From: Chrysemys picta bellii
Taxonomy: Eukaryota
NCBI RefSeq assembly: GCF_011386835.1
Contig: NC_088794.1
Location: forward strand, 6,138,001-6,202,000
Length of the DNA stretch: 64,000 nt
Direction: 5' to 3'
How positions within the stretch are numbered: the stretch's first letter is position 1; each line of letters starts with the position of its first letter. The translations under genes were made by a program, and so were the position numbers. Below, one piece after another: positions 12,503 through 24,097 of this stretch. The notes beneath the pieces are model-generated. The model made no database searches, was not told the DNA's origin, and saw only the letters and a list, made by a program, of their open reading frames with translations.

Positions 12503-12857
12503 GGCTATGTCTACACTGCACACTCCTTCTGGTGGCATGTAAAGCCCCTCACCTGGCTTGCCTCCTAGCACCAGTATAAATAGCAGTGTAGATGAGGAGG
12601 CATTGCTTAGATGAGTAAAGACACAACTGAACCCGTAAGGTATGTACCCTGCGTCATTCTGTACATGCCCAACCACTGCCTCCTCCATCTCCAGCTACAC
12701 TGCTATTTTTAGCAATATAGCATCACTCTATGTTACTGCCACTCTCACTTCCACATCTAGCTACACACTACAGTGTGGACAAAATCTGCTTTTCACTGCA
12801 ATGTACCTACACATACACTACACACCACAATCAGTGCTGTGCAGTGTAGACATACCT
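12503..12857. mobile_element. PIF/Harbinger-type MITE
   Basis: TIRs GGCTATGTCTACACTGCAC and GTGCAGTGTAGACATACCT, with a TAA TSD on both sides (12500-12502, 12858-12860). Confidence 0.85.
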
Positions 12858-13214
12858 TAAGTGAGAGAGGCAAAACTCACACCACCTTGTTCTAAGTTAG
12901 CTCTCTGTAGAATGACTCGGATCATAAGTTTCCTTACAGAGCCTCCTCGCTCTGGGTCATCACTTTTCCCAAGGGCAGGACACACAGCCTCAATTGCTCT
13001 GGGACTGGGTGGTGGAGCTCCAGCACCCCCCTGTGTCCCGTTGTGAGCTCCTATAGCAACTCCACCTTAGTTCAGACTCCCATGGAGATTTTACCTTCCT
13101 ATGGAGTGATGCAACCCAGCAAGTGTTTACAGTGACCCGGGGCAGCCTTTTCAAAGCGAGGTAGCATTTCATAGTCACCTGGAGTATTGCATGTGCAAGT
13201 CCTGAGGCTAGCAG

Positions 13215-13600
13215 AGGAAAACCAAACTTAAGAGAAAGTCCAAGTGTAAAAACAGAGTCAGGCCGGCCATAAAAGGATTTGAAGAGCTATTAGCAAAAGA
13301 CACAAAAACAGAAAGTTGTTTTTAAGTACCTCAGCAGCAGGAAGCCTGTTAAGCAACGAATGGGGCCACTGGACAATTGAGGTGCTAAAGGAGCACTCAA
13401 GGAAGATCAGGCCATAGGGAAGAATCTCAATGAATTTTTTGCATCAGTTTTTACTGCAGGACCAGATGGCATTTAAGCATGAGTTCTGAAGGAACTCAAA
13501 TATGAAAATTGCACAACTACTGACTGTGGTATGTAACCTATCCCTGAAATCAGCCTCTGTACCAGATGACTGCAGGAAAGTTAATATAACCCTGATCTTC
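13215..13600 (+). mobile_element. CR1 LINE ORF2 fragment (decayed, internally deleted)
   Basis: Translates to CR1-like FEELLAKDTK...SRKPVKQ..GPLD, then ELKYE/IAQLLTVVCNLSLKSASVPDD. Confidence 0.85.
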
Positions 13601-14709
13601 TGTGGCACAGTTTTCCTCCTGGATTGGAACAGCCGGCTGGAATCCTGCGAGGTACAGAGCAGAGAGAGGTTTGGGCCACAACGTTCACCTCAGAGGCTGA
13701 GCTTCTGCAGACATTTGGGATGTTCCCATCTGAGGAGGATGCTTTTGGCCAGCCCCAGTTCAGAGCTTTCAGTCAGCTCAACCGGTGATTCTCTGGCACA
13801 ACTCATCTAAAGTAGCTGAACTTTTCAGGCCTTGCCCCCATCTCCAACACCCCTTGCACCTCGCATTGCCCTCTAATAGCCCCGTCCCTTCTCTTGATCC
13901 CTGCCAAGCCCAAATACAGAGCCTAGCTCACCCTCCTCCTCTCTTAGACCCTCCCCTCACACGATCCTCCCCTACCTCTGACAGACTGCTCACTGTGCCC
14001 TTCCCTAGCTCCTGGAGGAATCCTGGCTCCTCAGAACAACCTGGGAATGGGCGGTTCCTACCTCTGTGTGGGGTGCGTGGTTTTCCGTCTAGCATCACTG
14101 AGAGCCAGCACGTCTCGATTTCACAGGATGAGGCGATGGCTCCCCAAGCTGGGCCAGCTGCAGGCTGCATTGCTGTGGACAGATCCCAGACATTCGAAGA
14201 CAGAGGAGGAGGAAGCCCCTGCTCATTCCCGGTTCAGAGATCCCCATCGAAGACGGGCCAAGAGGGGAGGAGAGAACGAAGGGCAGAAAGTGAAGCTGCC
14301 TCTGTGGGGAGGGCACTCCTGTAAAACCCAGTCCAGTTCCCAGATCTCCTCCACATTTCCAGGTGTAACTTTGGAGAGGTCATTTCATCACCTTCATTCC
14401 CTGTCTGTAAAATGGGGGTAGTAGTCCCCCCCACAAGGAGGAGAAGGGAGGACAGTCCCATTGTCTGTGAGGGGCTCGGTCCCTCTGGGCACGGATTGTG
14501 CCAGAGTGAGGGAAGGGACCCAGAGTTTACTCCCTAGAGCCAGGGGAGGAGGATGGGATCAGAAGGTCATCCAAGGGGGATGGGTCAGGAACTGCTGCAA
14601 CAGACGGGGCTTAGGGATTCGGTCAGTGCCAGGGACTTGCTACCTCCCTTCAGCAAATGGCTTCCCTCTTCTATCTGACTCCTTCCTAGTGTCCTCGAGG
14701 GGCTCCCTT

Positions 14710-15860
14710 CATTCTTCTTGAATGTAGTGGATTCGTTGACCCAGGTCGATAGCTGGGAAGTGCGGACTGACTATTCGTAGTGTGGCATGAAATCAGTGGG
14801 AAATCTATAGTTAGCAAAATAAAGGTGTCATTGGCCTTTGGAAATTTGGAGCTGATCTGTCCTCTTAGCCGAAGGTACTCGTGCACAGAGGGATGAAGCT
14901 CGCCATCTTGGTCAGGTGATCTATGAGAGTCAGTTCCATCATGTGGCCATTTGAATGAGTGAAATTCTTGGCAATGGCTGCCATGGATGGAGCAGGGTCT
15001 TCAGAGGCCTGAGATGCCAAGAAGTTAGGTGCGTGGTGCCTTGGTGAAAGCGCAGAAGTCACGTGTGTCAAGCTAAGTCTGAATTTCAGCGCACATCTGG
15101 CACCACCAAACAAAGCAGGCCCTGATAGTCATAGTAGATGCGTCTACTTCCATGATAAATGCTGTGCGTCAGAATAGATGCAGTGGTGAAGACAATTCTG
15201 AGCTGTTTGCGGGCTTGTTCGTACTTAGATGACCAAACGAATGTGGCCATTTTGTGGAGGAGAGCTCTCATGCGGGTTATTGGCTCTGAGAACCCTGGGC
15301 CGACGCAGCAGTAAAGCTGGTGAAGTCTAGGAAGTGCTGCTCTTCTTGAGGACTTCAAATTTTGTCCCATTTATGAATGGCTTCCACCTTATTTGCATCA
15401 ATCGTAACACCCCCAAAACTCTGTGGAGAGTTGGCTGGAGGTTCCGCTTTTCCAATTCTGTGTTGAGACCATGCTGCCAAAACCTCTCCGGGTTCGGATG
15501 TGGTGCACGTGCTGCTGACAGTTCTGCACAAAGAGAAGTATGTCACCTGAATAGATGCCACTGTATGGATCCACGATGTCTCCAAATACATCACTGATGA
15601 AGTGTTGCAAGGTCAGGGGATTCACAGCAGGGGGTAAGGGTTCCAAACTATCACTTTTTTCAGGAGGCGATAGTCTAAAGAGCGGCGTAGTCCCACATTT
15701 CTTCTTCCCAAAAAGGGCCTGGTCACCCGTGGGAAACGCTTATTTGCTCATAAACTCTTAGGACTGGTTTTCATGACTGTATGCAGGGAGAGCCACTAAT
15801 TCTGGTTCCAACAACGCGTAAATACAGGTGAAGGCAACTTTCAACCAAGGTTGTAGGTGA
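14710..15860 (-). mobile_element. Ty3/Gypsy LTR-retrotransposon pol relic (RT, RNase H connection, integrase), heavily mutated
   Basis: Contains YALLEPELVAL; LQHFISDVFGDIVDPYSGIYSGDILLF (degenerate YLDD region); GFSEPITRMRALLHKMATFVWS...FTTASILTH; and SNGHMMELTLIDHLTKMASFIPL (integrase-like). Confidence 0.88.
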
Positions 15861-16058
15861 CTAGGGCAGTCTTAGTCCCGGTGCAGAGGCAACGAGTCCA
15901 CATTTCTTTCAAAGATATCCATGTAATCCTGTTTTTTATCAGGAATGCCGGGTGTCCAAGTCAAGAATGGTGGAGTAGGTCCAGGGACGGAGGTTGGTTA
16001 AAGGAACCCCTACATTTCCATTGCACAACTCCAGTAGGAGCAGAATCGGACCAGGCTC

Positions 16059-16668
16059 ATGTAGTGAGGCCATGGTTCACACCTGGAGTGATCTGGCCAC
16101 TTACTTGCGGAGAGCCTGCTTTTCTGCAAAAAGTTGCACAACCTGATGTCACATGCTGCATCTGATAATTAGGTCCAGTGGTTGGAGTGTAGGTCGCAGA
16201 GAGGTGCAGGATGGCACCTAGGCTAAGAGTGAAGCTAGAATCAAGGTCCAGGGACACACCAGGATCAAAACAGAGATCAGAGTCCATCGACAAAGCAGAA
16301 CCAGAGCCAGAGTCCAAGTCCAGGCCAGAGGTCGAAGCCGGTGGTCAGAGACCAAAGATCAGCCAAGTCCATGTCAAGCTAGAGTCCAGATACAGGCTGA
16401 AGATCAAAGCCGGGTAGTCAAAATCCGAGGGGTTGGGGAATATCAGGAGGAGGCAATGCTGGAGCGCGTGGGTGGACGGCCTGGAGCAAGGCTAGAGAAG
16501 GGTAAGGAGAATACTGAGCCAGGGTTGGTAATGAACATCTGGAGCCAAGAAGGGTCATGCCAAAGTCATAGCCAGAGACCGGAGCCAAGAGTCAAACCTG
16601 AGTCAATAGCGAGGAACTGGAGGGCAGGGCAGGGTGATGCATGCAGGCAGGAACCTGGATCACTTACA
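16059..16668 (-). mobile_element. Probable 5' LTR of the Gypsy relic
   Basis: Bounded by TGT...ACA (TGTAGTGAGG to TCACTTACA), with internal short CCAGAGTC/AGCCAGAG-type repeats, directly upstream of pol on the minus strand. No 3' LTR was found. Confidence 0.5.
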
Positions 16669-17303
16669 GGTGCTCCCAGGCACTGCCCACCTGGAGTGCT
16701 AGAGACCCCTCATTGTGTGACTCCCTTCCTAGGAATAAAAGAAGGACAGCAGGATGACAAAGACATCTCAGACCCTGGGGTCCAGGCCAAGGGGAGCTCC
16801 CACCCAGGCTATGTGCCAGGACCCCATCACCCTCCCTGTTCATTTCACACTCAGAGACCCCCTAGCTGGAGGGGAAAATAAAGGGCAGAAAGTGAAGGTG
16901 CCCCTGGGGAAAGGCATTAGCCTAGGACCCAGTCCAGTTCCCAGATCGACACCCAGGATTGTGTGAGCCACCCCTCCCAGACCGCAATGGGTTACTGAGG
17001 ATAACCCCTGGTTCTGAGGATGCTCTCATTTCTGGGCCAGCCCCATGGCCCTGACAGCCTGATTTTTCCAAAACTGGCCTCTGGGCCTGGGGGCAGGGAC
17101 AGTATCTGGCCTGGCCCCAGCTCCAGGGGTCAGGGTGGGGCAGGGTGGTGAGAGCGAGGTGCTCCGCCTGGGTTTCTCTCAGTGCTGTGGGCTCTATGGC
17201 CGCTCCCCCCAGCCCTCCCCCCGCAGGCACAGTGAGACAGAGCAGTACCTGTGGCAGGGGCTGGAGGCTTCTGGTCATGTGAAGCGGGGGGGTGGGTGGG
17301 TCT

Positions 17304-20300
17304 TCAAGGCTGCCCCGCGGAGCACAGCCCCTGCAGTGCTTTGGGAAACTGGAGCAAGCACGTGATGGTAAATAGCTGGGCCATGACCTTCGCAGTAACG
17401 TCCTCCTGCTGCAAGGGAACAAGGATCAATCAGAGACTCCGACACCCACGAGAACAAAGGGGATTCACGGCACCGGGAGCCAGCAAAATTTCCTCCCTAC
17501 CCCCCATGTCTGAGGGACGGATTCCCCCACCCAACCCCCTAGACAAAATCTCATCTCTTCTCCAGTGACTCCCATCCTCTCTCCCATCATTGGGGAATGA
17601 ACTCCTGCCCCCACTCCTCTCAGTCCCCCCGAGAGCTGTTCTACCTCCCAACCCAGCTGGGGATTCCGCTCCGCTCCCCAGAATCCCCTGAGCCGCCCTC
17701 GCCCCCTCCAGCTGAGGGGATGGGAGGCTTTGGGCAGTAGTGCTGGGGGGTGAGAGGAAGTGGACACCTTTCCCCAAGGGATCCCCCATCCTTAACATGA
17801 TGCCATGGGCAGTAGCTCTGGGGAATGGGGCACTTAAGCAGCCTCCGCTGACTGACTCCTCCAGCTCTCCCAGAGCAGGTGGGAGCTGAGATAACATGAT
17901 CCCAGAGCACTAGGAACCGGCCTGAGGCCCGGAGGGGATGAAAGGCTCACAGAGGTGGCTAGGGGAGTTGGCAGCCCCTAGCATGAGCAATGGCAGCGTG
18001 GCGTGTTGATGTGATGCCTGTTAGGAAATAGCCTTGCTGGAGAGCTGGGTCTGCCCTGCTTTGAGCTGCTCAGGGGACAAGCTGGCACCTACCAATGGCA
18101 CCTGCCTGGGTTCATCCTCTCCTTGCTCCCAGGTCAGCGCATGGGGATGGGATGGGAGTGATTTTCAATGGCCTGGAGGTGAAAGGCCCTGGGGTTCCCT
18201 CCCCAGTTGATCCCTCTTTGGTTACCTCGTCCCCTAGCAGCTGGCCGGCTTCCCCCAGGATGGAGTAGGTGAGCAGCAGCCCAGCCTGGCTGACATGGAG
18301 CAGGGGGTGGTGTATGGCCTCCAGCGCCCCCTGAAGAAAAGTTCTTTTCTGCTCTTCCGTGAATATCTCACCAAAGACCTAAAACCAACAGAATCAGAGC
18401 CCTTGCAATGGCTCAGAACCAGGCTCCAAATCCCTCTGGTGGCTCACAAGGTGGAGAAGAGTCCTGGGGCAGCCAACCTTTGGGGTCCCATGGACCAAAG
18501 AACCCCCTTCAGTAAGAGGCTGCAGGCACTGAGGCCTCCAATAGCTCTTTCTGGAGCAGGATTCAACCCAGGTGCCATGAGATGCTGGAAATGGGTCTCC
18601 GCACTTTGAAACCAGCTCACCCAGACACTCTACTGCTCCCAGCAGCGATATCTCCTGCAGCTCACCCGCTAGAGGTGAGGGGTCTTTTAGATCTGGGTCA
18701 TTCCCACGCCTCACCCCACTGACATTCCCAGGAACCTCACATACTCTGCTGCAAATAAGTAGCAGGCTCTTGCCCTGTGTCCATGACACACTCACTGCAG
18801 GGGGAGACAGCTCCACACCTGAGCTGCTGCAATGCACCGGCAGAGAGTCCTTACCTCTCCCACCCTGGCCAGGTTTCTATAGCCCAGGCTCTCGGTGTCC
18901 TGGAGCCCTTCCCGGCACCACAGCTCTCTTCCCTCGGTGATGTTGAGCCCTGGGGGAGAAAGACACACCCATTGGGGAGGTTTGGCATTCCGCTTTCACT
19001 TCCGGTTTCCATCTGGGAGCACACTGGCCAGGGTCCTCGTGGCATCCACAGCCCAATGGAATCGCAGGGTCCATACCAGGTGGTTTAGTACCAGAAGGGG
19101 GATTTGTTTTAGTCATCACAGTAATCATGTGACCCTTAGAGTCATTGTGCTCTGGGAGTGGGTGCCTGTTAATGGTGGTGTCTAATACTGAGAACCCCCC
19201 ACACCCACTGAAGTCAGGATCTGGCCCTGACTACCCAACTGGTGACATCCTACAAGCTTTGTGTCCATCCCCTGTGGTCCCTGCTCCTGCCCCTGCCCTC
19301 ATGATGGGCTCTTTCCCTCCATGTCTCTCAATAGCTCAGTTCCTGTCCCCTCACGAGCTGGCTGCCCTGTGGGTGGGCTATTTCCCTGGGCTGGGGGACA
19401 GAGCCGGGCTCTGAAATAAAGCAGCCAATTTCCCTGACACTTTCATACTCATCTCCCTAATTCAGAGAGAGGGGAAGAGAAAGAGTCATCATCTAAGGTG
19501 GGATCGGTCTCAGAGGAGGGGTCTTCTTTCTGTAGGGTTCCATTGCCCAGCAGAGGGAGTCTCAAAGGAGGGGCCTTGTTTCTATTGGGGTTCCTCTGCC
19601 CTTCTACAGTGGGTCTAAACAGAGAGGCCTTAGTCCTCTAGGCGTCCCAATGGCCAGCTGGAGCTAGTCTCCGAGAGGCTTGTTTCCATGGGGTCCCATT
19701 GCCCAGCTGGGTTCTTACCCCTCTTCTGCACCAGGAGCCTGTGCAGCCAATATATCCCACCCCTGGCTTGCCGGCTGATGTCCTCGGCTGGGTGGGATAC
19801 ATGGAGACCCAGCTGCAGCACAAAGTCGCCTGCCTTGGAGAAGTCAGAGGTGGTCTGGTGGAAGGAGGAGAGGGGAATCCATCAAACTTCTCCCTTCAGC
19901 TCTCCAGCGCCCCTGGGCCAGAGCTCTGCTCCCACCCCTCTGTAGGAGGCGCTGGGCGAGAGGAGCGAGAGCTCTCTGCCCCCAAGGGAGCTTGGAGCAA
20001 AGGGACCAGGGCAAAGGCCCTCTATGAGCACTCACTGCCTAGCTGCTCCAGAATAACAAGGGCCCTGAGGCCAGGCACAAATCTGCCAGCCAGTGGCCTA
20101 TGGAACGCAGTCCCTTGCGGACCCAGGGGGGACCAATTAGCCACGGGATGAGGAACTTGACTCAAGCCCTGACTCTGCAGGATGCTGGGGTCAAAAGTCA
20201 CTTACGTCAAATCCAGGCAGGGAGGTGGTGAATTGGAGCAGGACAGCGCTGTGCTGTATGGCTCTAGCTCTCTCCTGGGTGTTTTTGGACTGGAGCCAGA

Positions 20301-23300
20301 AATGGACGTGCTGCGGGAGAAGGAGGCAGGGGCGGGTCAGCAGGCAGGCGTACATGCTCTACAAACGAGCCTCTCCCCCTCCCGAAGGGGCTGAGACTTT
20401 GTGCTCAGGGTGGAATAGCTACAGAGCTTGAAAAGGAGGTCCATGACACTGCCCATGTCTTGCTGGGCACAAGCTCATTGTCTCTCCAGGCTGGGACAAT
20501 GGTCAGTCTTCGGGCTGGTCTATTTGCCCTGAACCCCTGATCCATGAACAGCACGTCAGGATCAAGGCACATGCCCTGGACCCCAGACTCCAGCTGCAAG
20601 GGCCTTGGTAGGATGGATGGAACGGCCGTGAGGACAATCCCTCCGGGAACTGCAGTGTCCCTAGGACAGAAGAGCTGATTCCCTGAGGCTCCTCCTGTAT
20701 CTCAGGGTCTCCCTAGAGAGGAGCCAGTGACTTTTCTCAGAGGCCCATGTCCTGCATCTCACAGGGGTTTGTCTCTCAGTCCCCGGCCAGGCCTGCTGCT
20801 CACTGTTAGTGCTTAATGCAACCGTGCAGAGCTCTGGCTGACAGTCCCAGCTCCTTCCCCCTGCACTGGCAGCTCTGGGAAAGTGTGGCCGGCTGGGTCC
20901 AAGCTGGAAGGACACAATGGAAATGTGGCTCTTCTAATCTCTCCTTTGCTGCCCTCCCCCAGGGTTCAGGGGCAATTCCACCCCAGACCGTCCCATTCTA
21001 CTCACCTCCAAGAGGTGCTGCAGCTTCTCCAAGCTGGAGGTCTCTGTCAGCAGGCCCCTGAGCATGCTGTCCAGGCTCTGCAAAAAGCTCTTGTGGAGAG
21101 CCTGCAAGAGGAGGGAGCACCCGTCAGTCAAGGGACATGGGGCCACACCAGCCAGGGGACAATTAGGAGGATTCTCTAGGAGCCCTGGCAAGACTCAAAA
21201 GGCACATCCTGGCCTCTCCCATTCACATCACTCCAGAGAGACTAAGCAAAAGTTCATGGCCGGATGCCTGCTGCCTCTTCAATCCTTGCTCTTAGCAGTT
21301 CTCTGCACAGCGCCTGGTACCCAGCAGACTATGGAACAGCCAAACTGCAGTGGGTGGGAAGTAGGATCCCCGGGAGAGTCCAGGCAGCAGAGCACAGAAT
21401 GAGGAGAGGAGGGAAGGCTGGGATCAGCCACGGAGGGGTAATGCAATCCCCTCTGGAGGGAAGGGGCCCCCACGGCCTGTTCCCAGCTCTGCTCACCCCT
21501 CCCCTATTCTCAGCAGCTCTATCAAAGTGAGGGAGCAGGGACCAGAGCCTGCTCCTGCTCCGGGGACAGAGAAGTAGGATCAGGACCTACCTGGAAGTGG
21601 GGGGTGTCGTTCCCAGTGCCCATGGTGAAGATCTGGTGGAGAAGCGCGCTCAGGAGGCGAGATTCCAGCTCCAGGGACAGTGGTGGCTTCAGTTTGCTGG
21701 CAGAAGAGAGGAGCCTGTCGTACACTTTGCAGCACCAGTGTTGTGCTGGCACTGGCATGGACATCACCCCCTCCCCCACAGTGATCCCCTCCCCACAGCC
21801 ACTGTAACGTTCCTGGAGTGAAATCCACCCCCCAGCCAGGAAAGAGGGGACGTTCCCGCCTCCTCTGCTGGGGGATGGGAACAGCCACAGCTGGGGGTAA
21901 CCTAGGCGGAGGAGGATCTGTGACTCCCAGCTCTGGGCCCGATCAGCACCAGGGTTAGGGCAGCTGGACGGGAGGGTCCTGATACCTGAGGCTGCAAACC
22001 ACGTCCATGGAGCTGGAAATGATGGAGCTCGGCTCTGACACCACAGGGAGAATTTCAATCAGCTCCTGGGAGACCCCAAGGAAACAAAACCGTGTGTGAG
22101 ACCAGGCCCCGCAGACCCACAGGCACTTCCCAGGGTGGAGGCCAAAGTGCTCTGCAGAAACAGCCAGTGTCACCCCCACCCCCAACCAGCTGGGCCCCCC
22201 ATTCCTCCCATCCATCAAACTTCCTTCCCCCTCTCCCACCCAATTCCTCCCTCCCCTACCCTCCGGGCTTACAATTCCCCCACTGCCAGCTCAGTGTCAC
22301 AATTATCCCCTTCCCTGCTCCCCAGCCCTCAGCCCCAGGAACCCCTGTCCTCTGCTTCCCCCTCTGGCCCCACTAACGCTTCCTCCCATGTCTGGCTCCC
22401 TCGCCCCAGGGGCCGGGCACGGGGTCCCACTCACCGCAATGCTCTCCACAAGGGCTGCTTTGGAAATATAGGGCTCCAGGGTGTCCCACCCCTGCTGCTG
22501 TGCCAAGACACACAGACTCAGCACAGCGTCGAGGAAGCGGAGCTGATGGGCCCTGTTCCCCATCAGCTAGGAGTGGGGTGGGGGTAGAGAGAGAGAGCCT
22601 GTTACATAGGGACCTCCCCGCCCAACCCAACCCAACTCCAGGGCTCAGGACCTCCATGGGGTTGGACAGGAAAAGCCGCCCCTTCCTGAAACCAGTGTTG
22701 CCCGGCACAGACCGGGGTTGTAACTTGGACAGTGTCTGCGGGGAGCGGAAACCTTGGCCTGTGTGGGACAAATGTCCCCACTTTGGGGTGCCAGAGAACA
22801 GAGGAGACATGTCCCCCCATTGGGGGTGAGGGATTCTCTGGGACAAGACCCCCCTGCCTGGGTGGAGATGGAACAAGGGGCAGGACGGACTCGGTGGCAG
22901 TGCAGCTGGGGGATTTTTGTACCTTATCTCTGCCCTGGAGATACTGCTGGATCTCTGTGATGATGTCTTGTTCCAGGGACACATCTTCCTCCTCCTCCTC
23001 TTCCTCTTTCTCGTCCTCATGGGCACTGGGGGGCTCTGCACCAGGGAGGGAAGGAGAAAGTATAATCCCTTCTGCTGCTGGGGGGATGCAGTGGACAGAG
23101 AAGGCTCCATGTTTCCCCCTTCTCTGTAAGGAGCCCCATGGCAGCGCGGGCCCCACCCTGCCCCTGCGAGAGACGCCCTCAGCCCCATGAGCCTCAGGGC
23201 CCCATGGCAGTCAGTCCCCCCTCCCCCCACATGATCAGGGGAGGCTGGAGATCCCCAACTCCACCCAGCATCCCCTGCCGTGGGGTGTGGCTGTGCCCCC

Positions 23301-24097
23301 CCCCACTGGTGTTAGTGGGGCTCACATGGGTCAGTCCAGGCACCTTGGCGAGCCGATGGGCACAGGAGGTTACTAGTCCCCCACCGCCCCAGTCCTCCTC
23401 CCTTTCCCCTGGGTCTCCCCTCACCTGCAAAGAGGGAGCACTCATCCGCAGGCCTGTCAGACCATGCAGAGGAGCTGCTGGCCCCTCCGGAGTATGCGAA
23501 GCTGCTGGTGTTTGTCCCAGAGTCGCTCAGCTCCTGCTCTGGGCTGGCGGGGGGCTCCTCAGTGGCCAGGGTGGGGCTGGCAGGGGGCTCCTCAGGGGCC
23601 AGTTTGGGGCTGGCGCAGGGCTCCTCAGTTGCCAGGGTGGGGCTGGCGCAGGGCTCCTCAGGGGCCAGGGTGGGGCTGGCAGGGGGCTCCTCAGTGGCCA
23701 GGGTGGGGCTGGCGCAGGGCTCCACAGTTGCCAGGGTGGTGGGTGGCTCCTGCTGGGCCCTGGGGTGCAGCTCCTGGCTCCTTGGCTTCCTGTGAAGGAA
23801 GCCCCAGAGCTGCCTTGCCCGGCTCCTGCCCTCTCCTGGCTCCCTCCTCCATAGCTGTACCCGGGGCCACCTCCATTTGGGCCCAGAAGGTGCCTCAGGG
23901 TCAGCTAGGGGAGCTGGTGTCATCCACTTCCTGCAGCATGCCAGGCAGCTCCTCTGTTTATGCTGGCCACCAGCCTCTTCCCCGCCCGTGGGGCCAGAGG
24001 GGCCGCTCTCCTGCTCAGAAAGACGGATGTTCTTTCCCTCTGGCTCTGGAGCCACCTGCCTGGCCTTCCTCCTGAGCATCTGCCTCAGCCGCTCCAT
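17304..24097 (-). CDS. 11-exon Maestro/HEAT-like-repeat (MROH-family-like) protein, 597 aa, frame apparently intact
   Basis: Exons 24097-23425, 23035-22923, 22566-22435, 22065-21986, 21696-21591, 21101-21006, 20310-20206, 19854-19719, 18949-18855, 18378-18226 and 17408-17304. All introns are GT-AG with compatible phases; the total is 1794 nt. Helical segments include ALHKSFLQSLDSMLRGLLTE, HVHFWLQSKNTQERARAIQHSAVLL and VFGEIFTEEQKRTFLQGALEAIHHPLLHVSQAGLLL. The family call is from recall, not a search. Confidence 0.82.
23541..23750 (-). repeat. Coding 33-bp minisatellite (~6 copies of EEP[P/C]ASPTLA[T/P]) in exon 1 of the MROH-like gene
   Basis: The 11-aa periodicity is visible in ORF 23312..24097. 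Confidence 0.92.

Noticed and set aside
14710-15860. Domesticated Gypsy-derived (RTL/sushi-like) gene
   Set aside because: Multiple frameshifts and deletions, and the catalytic YLDD motif has decayed to YSGD.
22373-24075. Long overlapping ORFs (22373..23230 -, 23138..23854 +, 23464..24075 +)
   Set aside because: Shadow frames of GC-rich, repeat-containing sequence. The spliced minus-strand model explains the region.
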